A stretch of 64,000 bases of DNA from Candidatus Latescibacterota bacterium (GTDB taxonomy: Bacteria > Latescibacterota > UBA2968 > UBA8231): positions 4,608,001 through 4,672,000 of the forward strand of contig OZ244561.1 of the NCBI GenBank assembly GCA_965217585.1, in the 5' to 3' direction. Within the stretch, counting starts at the first letter, position 1. Each line of letters begins with the position of its first letter. Shown here piece after piece: positions 50,801-58,657 of this stretch. Below the pieces are notes generated by a model that did no database searches, was not told the DNA's origin, and saw only the letters and a program-made list of their open reading frames with translations. The position numbers were made by a program, and so were the translations under genes.

Positions 50801-50876
50801 TGCTTCGGGGGTCTATTGGGCCGTGCTGCAAGCCGGCGGTGCCGTCCAAACGGCCAAGTTGGCGTTGATTCACTGA
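47841..50876 (+). CDS. Secreted S8 subtilase with IPT/TIG repeats and a FlgD-Ig/T9SS-like CTD (paralog 2)
   Basis: Same architecture and catalytic motifs as paralog 1. Confidence 0.9.
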   Translation: MKPINRYRIMTALFLGILGYGPLWGQDLDSAPDRPDGPAKIQSALWELATPRAAKSIRDLQDTVVVILVPHLGQASASIDTSSLAALGGRVLAQSKSLMRVSVPASSLLAVSELPGVRFVRRPYRPHAQQIVLSEGGALIKAYDNYFEGVRGQGVKVAVIDGGFKGADELSGNMPASWWYFDYTGEGIYAGEIVHGTACAEIVHDVALEAEIYLYKVGDLVDLENAKDRSIRDGIDVINHSIGWFGTGIGDGRGEACDIVNDAADKGILWVNSAGNDAQSHYYGFWSDYDSDDWHNFSDEDEVLAFEAEEGEEISVFLTWNDWPDSRQNYDLYLDFVNSSGDLETVAESTNRQNIFGGDPVEWIEIKAERSGEYGISVRSEDDARPRRLKIWSLNHDFEEYSVAENSIGSPADARGAMSVGAVHFDYYDLGRIANYSSRGPTTDGRFKPELVAPSGVSTVSYGASEDFYGYTGTSAAAPHVAGAAALIKSANPSYSRTQLWNTLIAATVDIGTRGRDNNSGYGKLVLPVMQVSSSPKITSISPSRVRYNQVITIRGTAFGANRGTSRVIFHGGKEPNSSQYVSWSDTQIQVRVPTGARTGNLQVVTPNGSDTARLTITSPWVRSISPQTGRTNTVVTVNGENFGSSRGSSSVRIGSVTVSSFTSWSSGAIRFRIPLNTPPGNLTVRTSEGTSNSIRLEITSPYLTRISPTQVKTGDRLTLTGGNFGTRRGTGYVLFVANVRPSAADYVSWSNSRIVVEVPDGAQSGSVRVITSNGTSGTKRLEIESEQLEPLPSRGIFGYSPPTVTKNPKSVKFGFEGINRDVLCQFSTKEISNDEVVIFLNEQRYAELIAGEDWRTWYLVLDETYLQSGQNIIEFRNIINQNRTTSFVRWQLKEVALWKPFSAKLAAGARLLSKLPDGLVSGLGDPFPTPFNAEVTIPFALAEAGPVRISVYNLMGQQVRVLADGWVDAGAHRVRWDGRTAAGAEAASGVYWAVLQAGGAVQTAKLALIH

Positions 50877-50907
50877 GCCTCTTAATTATAGTAAAGAGGA
50901 GATAATC

Positions 50908-51468
50908 ATGTTCAACGAAGAAAAGGCCACTGAACTCGCTGCCTGCATGCTGTCGTGGGGCGGCTCGATGAAGTTCATCAAGTTGCTCAAACTCATCTAC
51001 CTAGCTGATCGCGAGGCGCTGGACCGGGAAGGGCATAGCATCTCCACTGATCGCTGGGTATCGATGAAACACGGCCCGGTGCCCATTCAGACGTACAATC
51101 TGATACACCAAGAAGACGACCCCGATCGCCATTCTGTATGGAACCAGTACATCGAGAACCAAGCAGATTACTGCATCGGCCTAAAGAAAGCGATGGGAAT
51201 AAACCACCTGTCTGAAGCGGAACGGGAAATCGCCGAGGATGTCTGGAAGCAATACGGCCATCTGCCCCCTTGGGGTTCCAATGGTCTCGTCGAGCTTACT
51301 CATCACCTCCCCGAGTGGGAAAATCCCGAAGAAGATCCGCACGGTCCCCAAGCGACACCCATTCCTGTCCGACGCATCCTGCTCGCCTTGAAGAAGAGCG
51401 ACGAAGAAATCCAAGCTATCTTGGATCTGGAACAGACGGACGCTTGGCTGGATAGGATCTTGGCGTGA
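50908..51468 (+). CDS. Panacea/SocA (DUF4065)-like antitoxin
   Basis: KLLKLIYLADR, SMKHGPV, LSEAE and L.ELTH..PEW. SD AGAGGAG. Confidence 0.85.
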   Translation: MFNEEKATELAACMLSWGGSMKFIKLLKLIYLADREALDREGHSISTDRWVSMKHGPVPIQTYNLIHQEDDPDRHSVWNQYIENQADYCIGLKKAMGINHLSEAEREIAEDVWKQYGHLPPWGSNGLVELTHHLPEWENPEEDPHGPQATPIPVRRILLALKKSDEEIQAILDLEQTDAWLDRILA

Positions 51469-51555
51469 TACGGGCTGGCACCGTCGTCCAGTCAAAAGTT
51501 GAACCCTACCTTGGATAGACGATCTGCCATAGACGGTGTTGATTCGCTGAACAGC

Positions 51556-51584
51556 TTGACAGGCGCTAGCGGCCCTTTTACTTT
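51556..51584 (+). promoter_or_regulatory. trp operon sigma-70 promoter
   Basis: TTGACA (51556-51561), 17 bp, TACTTT (51579-51584). Confidence 0.7.
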
Positions 51585-51593
51585 CTGCTCATT

Positions 51594-51674
51594 ATGAATT
51601 CTTCGCCTCACATTCGTCGCTGGTGGCGCACTTGGTATTCCCCGAGCAGGGAGAAAGGTGCGTCCATCCGCTAG
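51594..51674 (+). CDS. trpL: Trp operon leader peptide (MNSSPHIRRWWRTWYSPSREKGASIR)
   Basis: 26-aa ORF with three Trp codons (WWRTW) located upstream of a terminator and trpE. Confidence 0.88.
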   Translation: MNSSPHIRRWWRTWYSPSREKGASIR

Positions 51675-51700
51675 ACTGCGACGAGATTAATTTTCAATCC

Positions 51701-51734
51701 AACGCGGACGCCCTCGGGTGTCCGCGTTTTTTTT
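51701..51734 (+). terminator. Attenuator (intrinsic terminator)
   Basis: AACGCGGACGCCC-TC-GGGTGTCCGCGTT hairpin running into a T8 tract. Confidence 0.9.
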
Positions 51735-51750
51735 GTACTTGGAGAACGTT

Positions 51751-53928
51751 ATGACCATTCACACGGAAACCTTTCGCACGGCTGGTGGCGTCGAAGTCAA
51801 ACGCCAGACCGAGGAATTGCCCATAGAAAGGCCACTAAAGTCCCTGCTCGAACGGCTCAATACCCACCGGGGTGCTGTCTTTGCCAGCGGCTACGAGTAT
51901 CCAGGGCGCTATAGCCGCTGGGACATCGGCTTCGTCGATCCGCCGCTGGAACTGGTGGCACGTCAGCGCGCCTTTGCCTTCCGGGCGCTCAACGCACGCG
52001 GCGAGATGCTGCTGGAGACCTTTCGCCGCAGCCTCGCCAAGCACGAGCATGTGACGGAGCTGGCGCTAACCGATGGCCAGCTCAAAGGCGCGGTGGCGCA
52101 GATGCCCGAGTACTTTCCCGAAGAGGAGCGCTCCAAGCAGCCGACGATCTTCAGCGTCCTGCGCGCACTGGTGGCGCAGATGCGAGCTGAAGGCGAAAAT
52201 CACTTGGGATTTTACGGGGCACTGGGCTACGACTTGGTACTCCAGTTTGAGCCGCTTCAACTGCGCCACCCGCGCGGCGAGGCCCGGCCCGATCTGCACC
52301 TCTTTTTGCCAGACGAACTGGTCGTCGTCGATCACCGCAAGGAGCAGGCACGGCGTTACCGCTATGAGTTTGCCGCCGATGGGTTGTCAACCGAGGGCAT
52401 GGAGCGCAGCACGGACGCCGTGTCCTATGTGCGCGGCGCAGCGACCGAGATCACGTGCGACCACGCCCCGGGGGAATACGCCGACAAGGTGCGCGAGGTC
52501 ATCGCCGGGACCGAGCGCGGCGACTTCTTCGAGGTGACGCCGAGCCAGGTGCTCAGCGCTGGCTATGCGGGCAGTCCGCACGCCCTCTTTGAGAATATCC
52601 GCCGCAATAGCCCCAGCCCCTATGAGTTCTTCATCAACCTCGGCGACGAGTATCTGATCGGCGCTTCGCCCGAGATGTTCGTGCGGGTCAACGGGTCATT
52701 CGTCGAGACTTGTCCGATTGCCGGGACCATCGGCCGCGGCAAAACCGTGATGGAAGACGCCGAGCAGATCCGCGACCTGCTCAACTCAAAAAAGGACGAG
52801 GCCGAGCTGAACATGTGTACGGACGTCGATCGCAACGACAAAGCGCGGATTTGCAAGGAAGGCTCGGTGCGGGTGGTCGGGCGGCGGATGATCGAAAGGT
52901 ACTCAAAGGTCTTTCACACTGTGGACCAAGTCGTGGGCGAGCTGAAGGACGACTGCGACGGATTCGACGCTCTGCTTTCGCATATGTGGGCGGTGACGCT
53001 TACCGGCGCGCCCAAGCCGGCGGCCATGCAGAAGATCGAGGAATTGGAAAACTCGGCGCGGCGCTGGTACGGCGGCTGCATCGGCATGTTGCTCTTCAGC
53101 GGCGAGATCAACACCGGGATCACCATCCGCACCGTACACTTGGAGGACGGCATCGCCAAAGTACGGGCCGGTGCCACGCTGCTCTGCGACTCGGACCCCG
53201 ACGCCGAAGAGCGCGAAACTCGGGCCAAGGCCGAGACTTTTATCAACGCGGTGACCGGTGCCGCCGACGCCAAGAAGAAGAGCACCCAAATCGCGACCTC
53301 GGGGCAAGGCAAGCGGGTGCTCTTTGTCGATAATCGCGACTCTTTCGTACATACGCTCGGCGATTACGTGCGGCAGACGGGAGCGGAGGTAGTGACGGTG
53401 CGCGCCGCGAGGTCGCGTGACGGCAGCGACGCGCGGGGCCTGCGCGACTCCCAACGCGTCTTCGCCGACTTTGATCCCAATCTAGTCTTCATCTCGCCGG
53501 GTCCAGGCATGCCCGAGGAGTTCGGAGTGCCGGAGCTGGTCAACGAATGCGTACGGCGCAAGCTACCGGTTTTCGGCGTGTGTCTCGGATTGCAGGGCAT
53601 CGTCGAGGCTCTCGGCGGCGAGTTGGGGATACTTTCCTACCCGATGCACGGCAAGGAATCGACGATCCGCTGTACGCCCGAAGGGATTTTCGACGGATTC
53701 CCCGCGGAATTCGTCGCTGGCCGCTATCACTCGCTCTACGCCGTGCCGGAGAAGTTGCCCGAGTGCTTGCGGGTGTTAGCGCAGACCGACGATGGGGTCA
53801 TCATGGCCGTGGAGCACCGCGATTTGCCGATAGCGGCGGTGCAGTTTCACCCCGAGTCGATCTTGACGCTCGAGGACGATTTGGGCTTGCGGCTGATCGC
53901 CCGAGTAATAGGGAGTTTAGCGCACTGA
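51751..53928 (+). CDS. trpE: Anthranilate synthase, fused TrpE-TrpG type
   Basis: SGYEYPGRY, SPYEFF, GASPEMFVRV, DVDRND and YGG.IG. The C-terminal GATase carries SPGPG, GVCLG and QFHPES. Confidence 0.93.
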   Translation: MTIHTETFRTAGGVEVKRQTEELPIERPLKSLLERLNTHRGAVFASGYEYPGRYSRWDIGFVDPPLELVARQRAFAFRALNARGEMLLETFRRSLAKHEHVTELALTDGQLKGAVAQMPEYFPEEERSKQPTIFSVLRALVAQMRAEGENHLGFYGALGYDLVLQFEPLQLRHPRGEARPDLHLFLPDELVVVDHRKEQARRYRYEFAADGLSTEGMERSTDAVSYVRGAATEITCDHAPGEYADKVREVIAGTERGDFFEVTPSQVLSAGYAGSPHALFENIRRNSPSPYEFFINLGDEYLIGASPEMFVRVNGSFVETCPIAGTIGRGKTVMEDAEQIRDLLNSKKDEAELNMCTDVDRNDKARICKEGSVRVVGRRMIERYSKVFHTVDQVVGELKDDCDGFDALLSHMWAVTLTGAPKPAAMQKIEELENSARRWYGGCIGMLLFSGEINTGITIRTVHLEDGIAKVRAGATLLCDSDPDAEERETRAKAETFINAVTGAADAKKKSTQIATSGQGKRVLFVDNRDSFVHTLGDYVRQTGAEVVTVRAARSRDGSDARGLRDSQRVFADFDPNLVFISPGPGMPEEFGVPELVNECVRRKLPVFGVCLGLQGIVEALGGELGILSYPMHGKESTIRCTPEGIFDGFPAEFVAGRYHSLYAVPEKLPECLRVLAQTDDGVIMAVEHRDLPIAAVQFHPESILTLEDDLGLRLIARVIGSLAH

Positions 53929-53932
53929 AACC

Positions 53933-54496
53933 ATGTTGCTGATACTTGATAACTACGACTCCTTTACCTACAATTTGGTGCATTATTTAGAGGAATTAGG
54001 GGCTGCAACCAAGGTCTTGCGCAACGACGAATTGACGGTCGCCGAGGTGGTTGCGCTCGCACCTGAGCACGTCGTTATCTCGCCTGGTCCTGGTGGCCCA
54101 GATCAAGCTGGAATTTCGTGCGCACTCGTCGAGCGGTTGGCCGGTGTGATTCCCATTTTGGGCGTGTGCCTAGGGCACCAAGTCATCGCCCAAGTTTGCG
54201 GCGGGCGCATCGTGCGGGCCGGTGAGATTGTCCACGGCCGCGCGACACCAGTGCAACACGACGGCCGCACGCTCTTTGCCGGGTTGCAAATCCCCTTCGT
54301 CGCCACCCGCTATCACTCGCTGGCCGTGGAGCAGGAGAGTTTGCCTGAGTGCCTCGAAGTATCGGCCACGAGTGAGGATGGGACGATCATGGGGATTCGG
54401 CACCGGCGATGGTCCCTCGAAGGGGTGCAGTTCCACCCCGAATCGATTCTGACGATAGAAGGCAAACAACTGTTGGCCAATTTTCTTTGCTTATGA
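53933..54496 (+). CDS. trpG: Anthranilate/aminodeoxychorismate synthase component II
   Basis: DNYDSFTYNL, SPGPG, GVCLGHQ, RYHSL and QFHPES. Confidence 0.9.
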   Translation: MLLILDNYDSFTYNLVHYLEELGAATKVLRNDELTVAEVVALAPEHVVISPGPGGPDQAGISCALVERLAGVIPILGVCLGHQVIAQVCGGRIVRAGEIVHGRATPVQHDGRTLFAGLQIPFVATRYHSLAVEQESLPECLEVSATSEDGTIMGIRHRRWSLEGVQFHPESILTIEGKQLLANFLCL

Positions 54497-54507
54497 GGAG
54501 CGCAAGC

Positions 54508-55518
54508 ATGATACAAGAAGCTATAAGAGACCTGATCGCCGGAGCAGACCTAGGCCGCGCGAAGATGCGAGCGGTGATGGAGCAGATTATGAGTGGCCAA
54601 GCCACAGATGCTCAAATCGGCGCTTTTCTCGTCGCTCTGCGGATCAAGGGCGAGACTATCGACGAGATCGCCGGTGGTGCCGAAGTGATGCGCGAGAAAG
54701 CTACGCCGATAGTGACGGTGCGCCCCGACCTCATCGACACCTGCGGCACTGGCGGCGATGATTCAGGGACCTTCAATATCTCTACGACGGTAGCCTTTGT
54801 CGCTTGCGGCGCGGGCCTAGCGGTGGCCAAACACGGCACCCGCTCCATATCGAGCCAGTGCGGCTCGTCGGACGTGCTCACCGCGCTAGGGGTCAACATC
54901 GAAGCCACGCCGGAAAAGGTCGGCGAGTGCATCGACGAAGTCGGCATCGGCTTCCTCTTCGCGATAGCCTTGCACGGAGCGATGAAACACGCCATTGGTC
55001 CGCGCAGGGAGTTAGCTACCCGCACGGTTTTTAACATCTTGGGGCCGCTGACCAATCCGGCTGGGGCCAAAAGGCAATTGCTCGGCGTGTTCGACGGCGC
55101 GTTGACCGAGGCGCTCGCTGGAGTGCTGCGCGAGTTGGGATCGGAGCGGGCCTTGGTGGTACACGGCTCGGACGGGCTGGACGAGATCACGCTGACGGGG
55201 CCGACGCAGGTCAGCGAGCTTAGAGACGGTCAGATTAGTACGCGTCAGATCCACCCAGGGGATTTTGGTTTGCAGACAGTCGCAGCCGAGGCGCTCAAAG
55301 GCGGCGATGCGGACTACAATGCGCGCATTCTGCGCGAGGTGCTCGACGGCAAGGAGGGGCCGCAGCGCGATGTGGTGCTGCTCAACGCGGCGGCGGCGAT
55401 GGTCGTTGGCGGGCTGGCCGAGGATGTAACCGCTGGTCTCGAACGGGCCCGAGCGTCCATCGACTCAGGCAAGGCGCGTCAAGCCCTCGATCGGCTGGTC
55501 GAAGTAAGCAACTCCTGA
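54508..55518 (+). CDS. trpD: Anthranilate phosphoribosyltransferase
   Basis: DTCGTGGD, FNIST, KHG.R, GPLTNP and DGLDE. Confidence 0.96.
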   Translation: MIQEAIRDLIAGADLGRAKMRAVMEQIMSGQATDAQIGAFLVALRIKGETIDEIAGGAEVMREKATPIVTVRPDLIDTCGTGGDDSGTFNISTTVAFVACGAGLAVAKHGTRSISSQCGSSDVLTALGVNIEATPEKVGECIDEVGIGFLFAIALHGAMKHAIGPRRELATRTVFNILGPLTNPAGAKRQLLGVFDGALTEALAGVLRELGSERALVVHGSDGLDEITLTGPTQVSELRDGQISTRQIHPGDFGLQTVAAEALKGGDADYNARILREVLDGKEGPQRDVVLLNAAAAMVVGGLAEDVTAGLERARASIDSGKARQALDRLVEVSNS

Positions 55519-55520
55519 AC

Positions 55521-56300
55521 ATGGCCGATATACTAAGCGAAATAGCCGCGTATAAGCGCGAGTTCGTCACCGACCGCCAGCGCCAGCGCAGTTTGGCCGA
55601 TGTGCGCGCGCAGGCTCGCGATACGGCGGTGCCGGCCGATTTCCAAGGTGCGCTGGCTGCGGACGGGATCGCGCTGATCGCCGAGGTGAAAAAAGCCTCG
55701 CCGTCCAAGGGCATCATTCGCGCCGACTTCGACCCGGAACGGATCGCCGATGCGTATGCCGCCAACGGCGCGCGCTGTCTTTCGGTATTGACGGACGAGG
55801 CGTATTTTCAGGGTTGCGACGCGCATTTACAGGCCGCCAAGGCGGTTGCGGGCTTGCCGGTGTTGCGCAAGGACTTCACCATTGACGAGTACCAGCTCTA
55901 CGAGGCCCGCGTCATTGGTGCCGATGCCATTTTGCTGATCGCAGCACTGATGGACTCTAGCCAACTCGACGATTGCCTCGGGCTGGCCGGCGAGTTGGGG
56001 TTGAGTGCGCTGGTGGAAGTTCACGACGACGACGAGCTTTTGCGCGCCAAAGCAGCCGGGGCCGGCTTAGTGGGCATCAACAACCGCGACCTGCGAACTT
56101 TTGCGACCACGCTCGAAACCACGTTCGCTCTCTTGCCCCAAGTACCCAAAGGCACGGTCGTCGTCAGCGAGAGCGGGATTGGGGATCGCCGCGATGTCGA
56201 GCGGCTGGCGGCTGCGGGCGTCGATGCGATCTTGGTCGGCGAATCCCTGATGCGCGAAACCGATATCGGGGCTAAAGTGAGGGAGTTACTAGGCACGTGA
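55521..56300 (+). CDS. trpC: Indole-3-glycerol phosphate synthase
   Basis: IAEVKKASPSKG, SVLTD, LRKDF, GINNRDL and SESGI. Confidence 0.96.
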   Translation: MADILSEIAAYKREFVTDRQRQRSLADVRAQARDTAVPADFQGALAADGIALIAEVKKASPSKGIIRADFDPERIADAYAANGARCLSVLTDEAYFQGCDAHLQAAKAVAGLPVLRKDFTIDEYQLYEARVIGADAILLIAALMDSSQLDDCLGLAGELGLSALVEVHDDDELLRAKAAGAGLVGINNRDLRTFATTLETTFALLPQVPKGTVVVSESGIGDRRDVERLAAAGVDAILVGESLMRETDIGAKVRELLGT

Positions 56301-57280
56301 AAAGACGAGTGTTTTCGGGCATTCAGCCTTCGGGACACATCCACATCGGCAACTACATCGGGGCCGTCCGCAATTGGTTGGCCAACCTAGAGGACCGCGA
56401 CAACATCTTCTGCGTAGTCGATCAGCACGCGATCACCGGGCCCTACGACCCGGAGGCTTTGCGCCGCGGCACGCGCGAGGCCGTGGCCCTGTACATCGCC
56501 TGCGGCCTCGATCCGCAAAAGTGCCACCTCTTCGTGCAGTCGCACATCCCAGCGCACACCGAGTTGGCTTGGCTTTTGACCTGCGTCACGCCCATGGGCT
56601 GGCTGGAGAGGATGACCCAGTTCAAGGATCGGGTGGGTGCGCGGCGTGGGCGCATCGGCACGGGGCTGTTCGTCTATCCGACGTTGATGGCCGCCGACAT
56701 CCTGCTCTATCAGGCGCACGAGGTGCCCGTCGGCGACGACCAAAAACAGCACGTGGAACTGACGCGCGACATTGCCGAGCGCTTCAACCGCCAGTTCGGC
56801 GAGGTATTCACCGTGCCCGAGCCGGTCATTCCCACGGTTGGTGCGCGGATCATGGGGCTCGACGATCCGACCGCGAAAATGTCTAAGTCCGCCGAGGGTC
56901 GGTTCCACAGCATCGGCCTGCTCGATGACCCGGCCACCGTCCGCAAGGCCATCATGCGCGCGGTGACGGATTCGCAGCGGGGCATTGTCTTCGATCCGAA
57001 TCGCTCCGGGCTGTACAATCTCCTGACAATCTATCAGTCGTTGACCGGCCTAGGGCACGCCGAGATTGAGGCGCATTTTGCTGGCAAGGGCTACGGCGAC
57101 TTGAAAAAGGAACTGGTCGAAGTGGTCATCGCCGAGATCGAGCCGATCCAAGCTCGCTATCGGGAGTTGACGGCGGATCCCGCGTATATCGACGAGGTGC
57201 TCAGGCACAGTGTCGAGCAGTTGCGCCCAATCGCGGACGCGACCATGGACGCGGTCCGCCGAGCCATGGGCCATCGATGA
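56297..57280 (+). CDS. trpS: Tryptophan--tRNA ligase
   Basis: SGIQPSG, HIGN, YPTLMAADIL, VPVGDDQ and KMSKS. Confidence 0.96.
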   Translation: MKRRVFSGIQPSGHIHIGNYIGAVRNWLANLEDRDNIFCVVDQHAITGPYDPEALRRGTREAVALYIACGLDPQKCHLFVQSHIPAHTELAWLLTCVTPMGWLERMTQFKDRVGARRGRIGTGLFVYPTLMAADILLYQAHEVPVGDDQKQHVELTRDIAERFNRQFGEVFTVPEPVIPTVGARIMGLDDPTAKMSKSAEGRFHSIGLLDDPATVRKAIMRAVTDSQRGIVFDPNRSGLYNLLTIYQSLTGLGHAEIEAHFAGKGYGDLKKELVEVVIAEIEPIQARYRELTADPAYIDEVLRHSVEQLRPIADATMDAVRRAMGHR

Positions 57281-57290
57281 GAGGATAGCT

Positions 57291-57557
57291 ATGGACCTGA
57301 GTGACTGGCGCGAACGCATAGATAATATCGACCATCAACTGATTGACCTGCTCAACGAGCGCATGCACTGCGCGCAAGAGATTGGGCGAGTTAAAAAGGC
57401 TGCGGGAAGACCAATACGCGATCCCGAGCGCGAGCTCGATGTGATCGCCAAGATCAAAGCCTACAACAACCAAGGGATTATTAAAGACGAGGCCCTAGAG
57501 GCGCTCTACCGACTGCTCATCGATCTGACCACCAACTTCGAGCGCGAGGAGGCTTAG
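57291..57557 (+). CDS. Chorismate mutase (AroQ class)
   Basis: L..WRERIDNID..L..LLNER, IG.VK and DPERE. Confidence 0.9.
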   Translation: MDLSDWRERIDNIDHQLIDLLNERMHCAQEIGRVKKAAGRPIRDPERELDVIAKIKAYNNQGIIKDEALEALYRLLIDLTTNFEREEA

Positions 57558-58654
57558 TCTTCTTCCGGCGGGCAGTCATCGTCGGCGTGGGCCTGATTGG
57601 CGGCTCGATAGGCTTGGCGCTCAAGCGCACCGGCTTCGGCGGGCGGCTTGTGGGTGTCAGCCGCCCCGCAACCATCGCCCGCGCATTGGAACTGGGCGTG
57701 GTTGACGAGGGTTGGGGCTACGACGAGCTGGATCAAGCCCTCAAAGGGGCCGACCTAGTTTTTATCTGCACCCCAATCAGGCGGATTCTCACGCTGATTG
57801 AGGAAGTGGGTCGGCTCGCCGAGCCGGGGACCCTAGTTACCGATGTGGGGAGCACCAAGCGGCGCATCGTCGCGGTGGCCCAAGCTCATTTCAGCGACGA
57901 GGTGTACTTTGTCGGCGGCCACCCGATGGCCGGCTCCGAAAAGGCGGGCGTGGCTGCGGCCGATCCGTTCCTCTTCCAGAATGCGATCTATATTTTGGTC
58001 CCCGATCAGCAGGTGCCAGCCGACCGCTACCAAGCATTGACCGCGCTCCTACGACAGGTCGGGGCGCGGGTGATGGAACTAGACGCTGCGGCACACGACC
58101 GGGCGGTCGCCGCTATCAGCCACCTGCCGCAGATGTTGGCGACCTCGCTGGTGGGCATGGTCGGGCGGCTAAATGCCGAGCGCGATCACTTCCTGCCGCT
58201 GGCTGCTGGTGGTTTCCGCGACTTGACGCGGATTGCCTCTAGCCCGTTCGCGCCGGTGTGGGAGGATATCTGCGCGACCAATGCCGACGAGATCCGCGCG
58301 ATGATCGACCGCTACATCGCCGCGCTCGCGGATGTGAGAGAGCGGCTGGAAGCAGCGGAGCTAAAGGCGGATTTCGATTTTGCCAACGAGATTCGGGGGT
58401 CCATCCCGAGGGATTCAAAGGGGTTTATCCACGTGCTGCACGAGATCTTGGTGCTAGCCGAGGACCGGCCAGGCGTCATCGCTGAGATCGGGCAGGCGCT
58501 GGGGGCGCAAGGGGTAAACATCAATGATATTGAGGTGATGAAGGTGCGCGAGGGCGAAGGGGGGACGCTGCGGCTGGGATTTGACAGCGCAGAGAGCGCG
58601 GAAAACGCGCTGGGAATTTTGGCGCGGCTCGGGTATGGGGCGCGGAGACCCTAG
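57557..58654 (+). CDS. tyrA: Prephenate/arogenate dehydrogenase with a C-terminal ACT domain (start codon unclear)
   Basis: AVIVGVGLIGGS, TDVGSTK, GGHPMAGSE, HD...A.ISHLP, GFRDLTRIA and ACT motif DRPGVI. Confidence 0.88.
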   Translation, partial: VFFRRAVIVGVGLIGGSIGLALKRTGFGGRLVGVSRPATIARALELGVVDEGWGYDELDQALKGADLVFICTPIRRILTLIEEVGRLAEPGTLVTDVGSTKRRIVAVAQAHFSDEVYFVGGHPMAGSEKAGVAAADPFLFQNAIYILVPDQQVPADRYQALTALLRQVGARVMELDAAAHDRAVAAISHLPQMLATSLVGMVGRLNAERDHFLPLAAGGFRDLTRIASSPFAPVWEDICATNADEIRAMIDRYIAALADVRERLEAAELKADFDFANEIRGSIPRDSKGFIHVLHEILVLAEDRPGVIAEIGQALGAQGVNINDIEVMKVREGEGGTLRLGFDSAESAENALGILARLGYGARRP

Positions 58655-58657
58655 GCG

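Noticed and set aside
47200-50870. Near-identical 3' segments of the S8 paralogs as a DGR template/variable repeat pair
   Set aside because: The mismatches are not adenine-specific (many are C/T synonymous), both copies are coding, and there is no reverse transcriptase in the window.
51718-51750. GTG 51718 as the trpE start
   Set aside because: It lies inside the terminator stem. ATG 51751 has an SD (GGAG).
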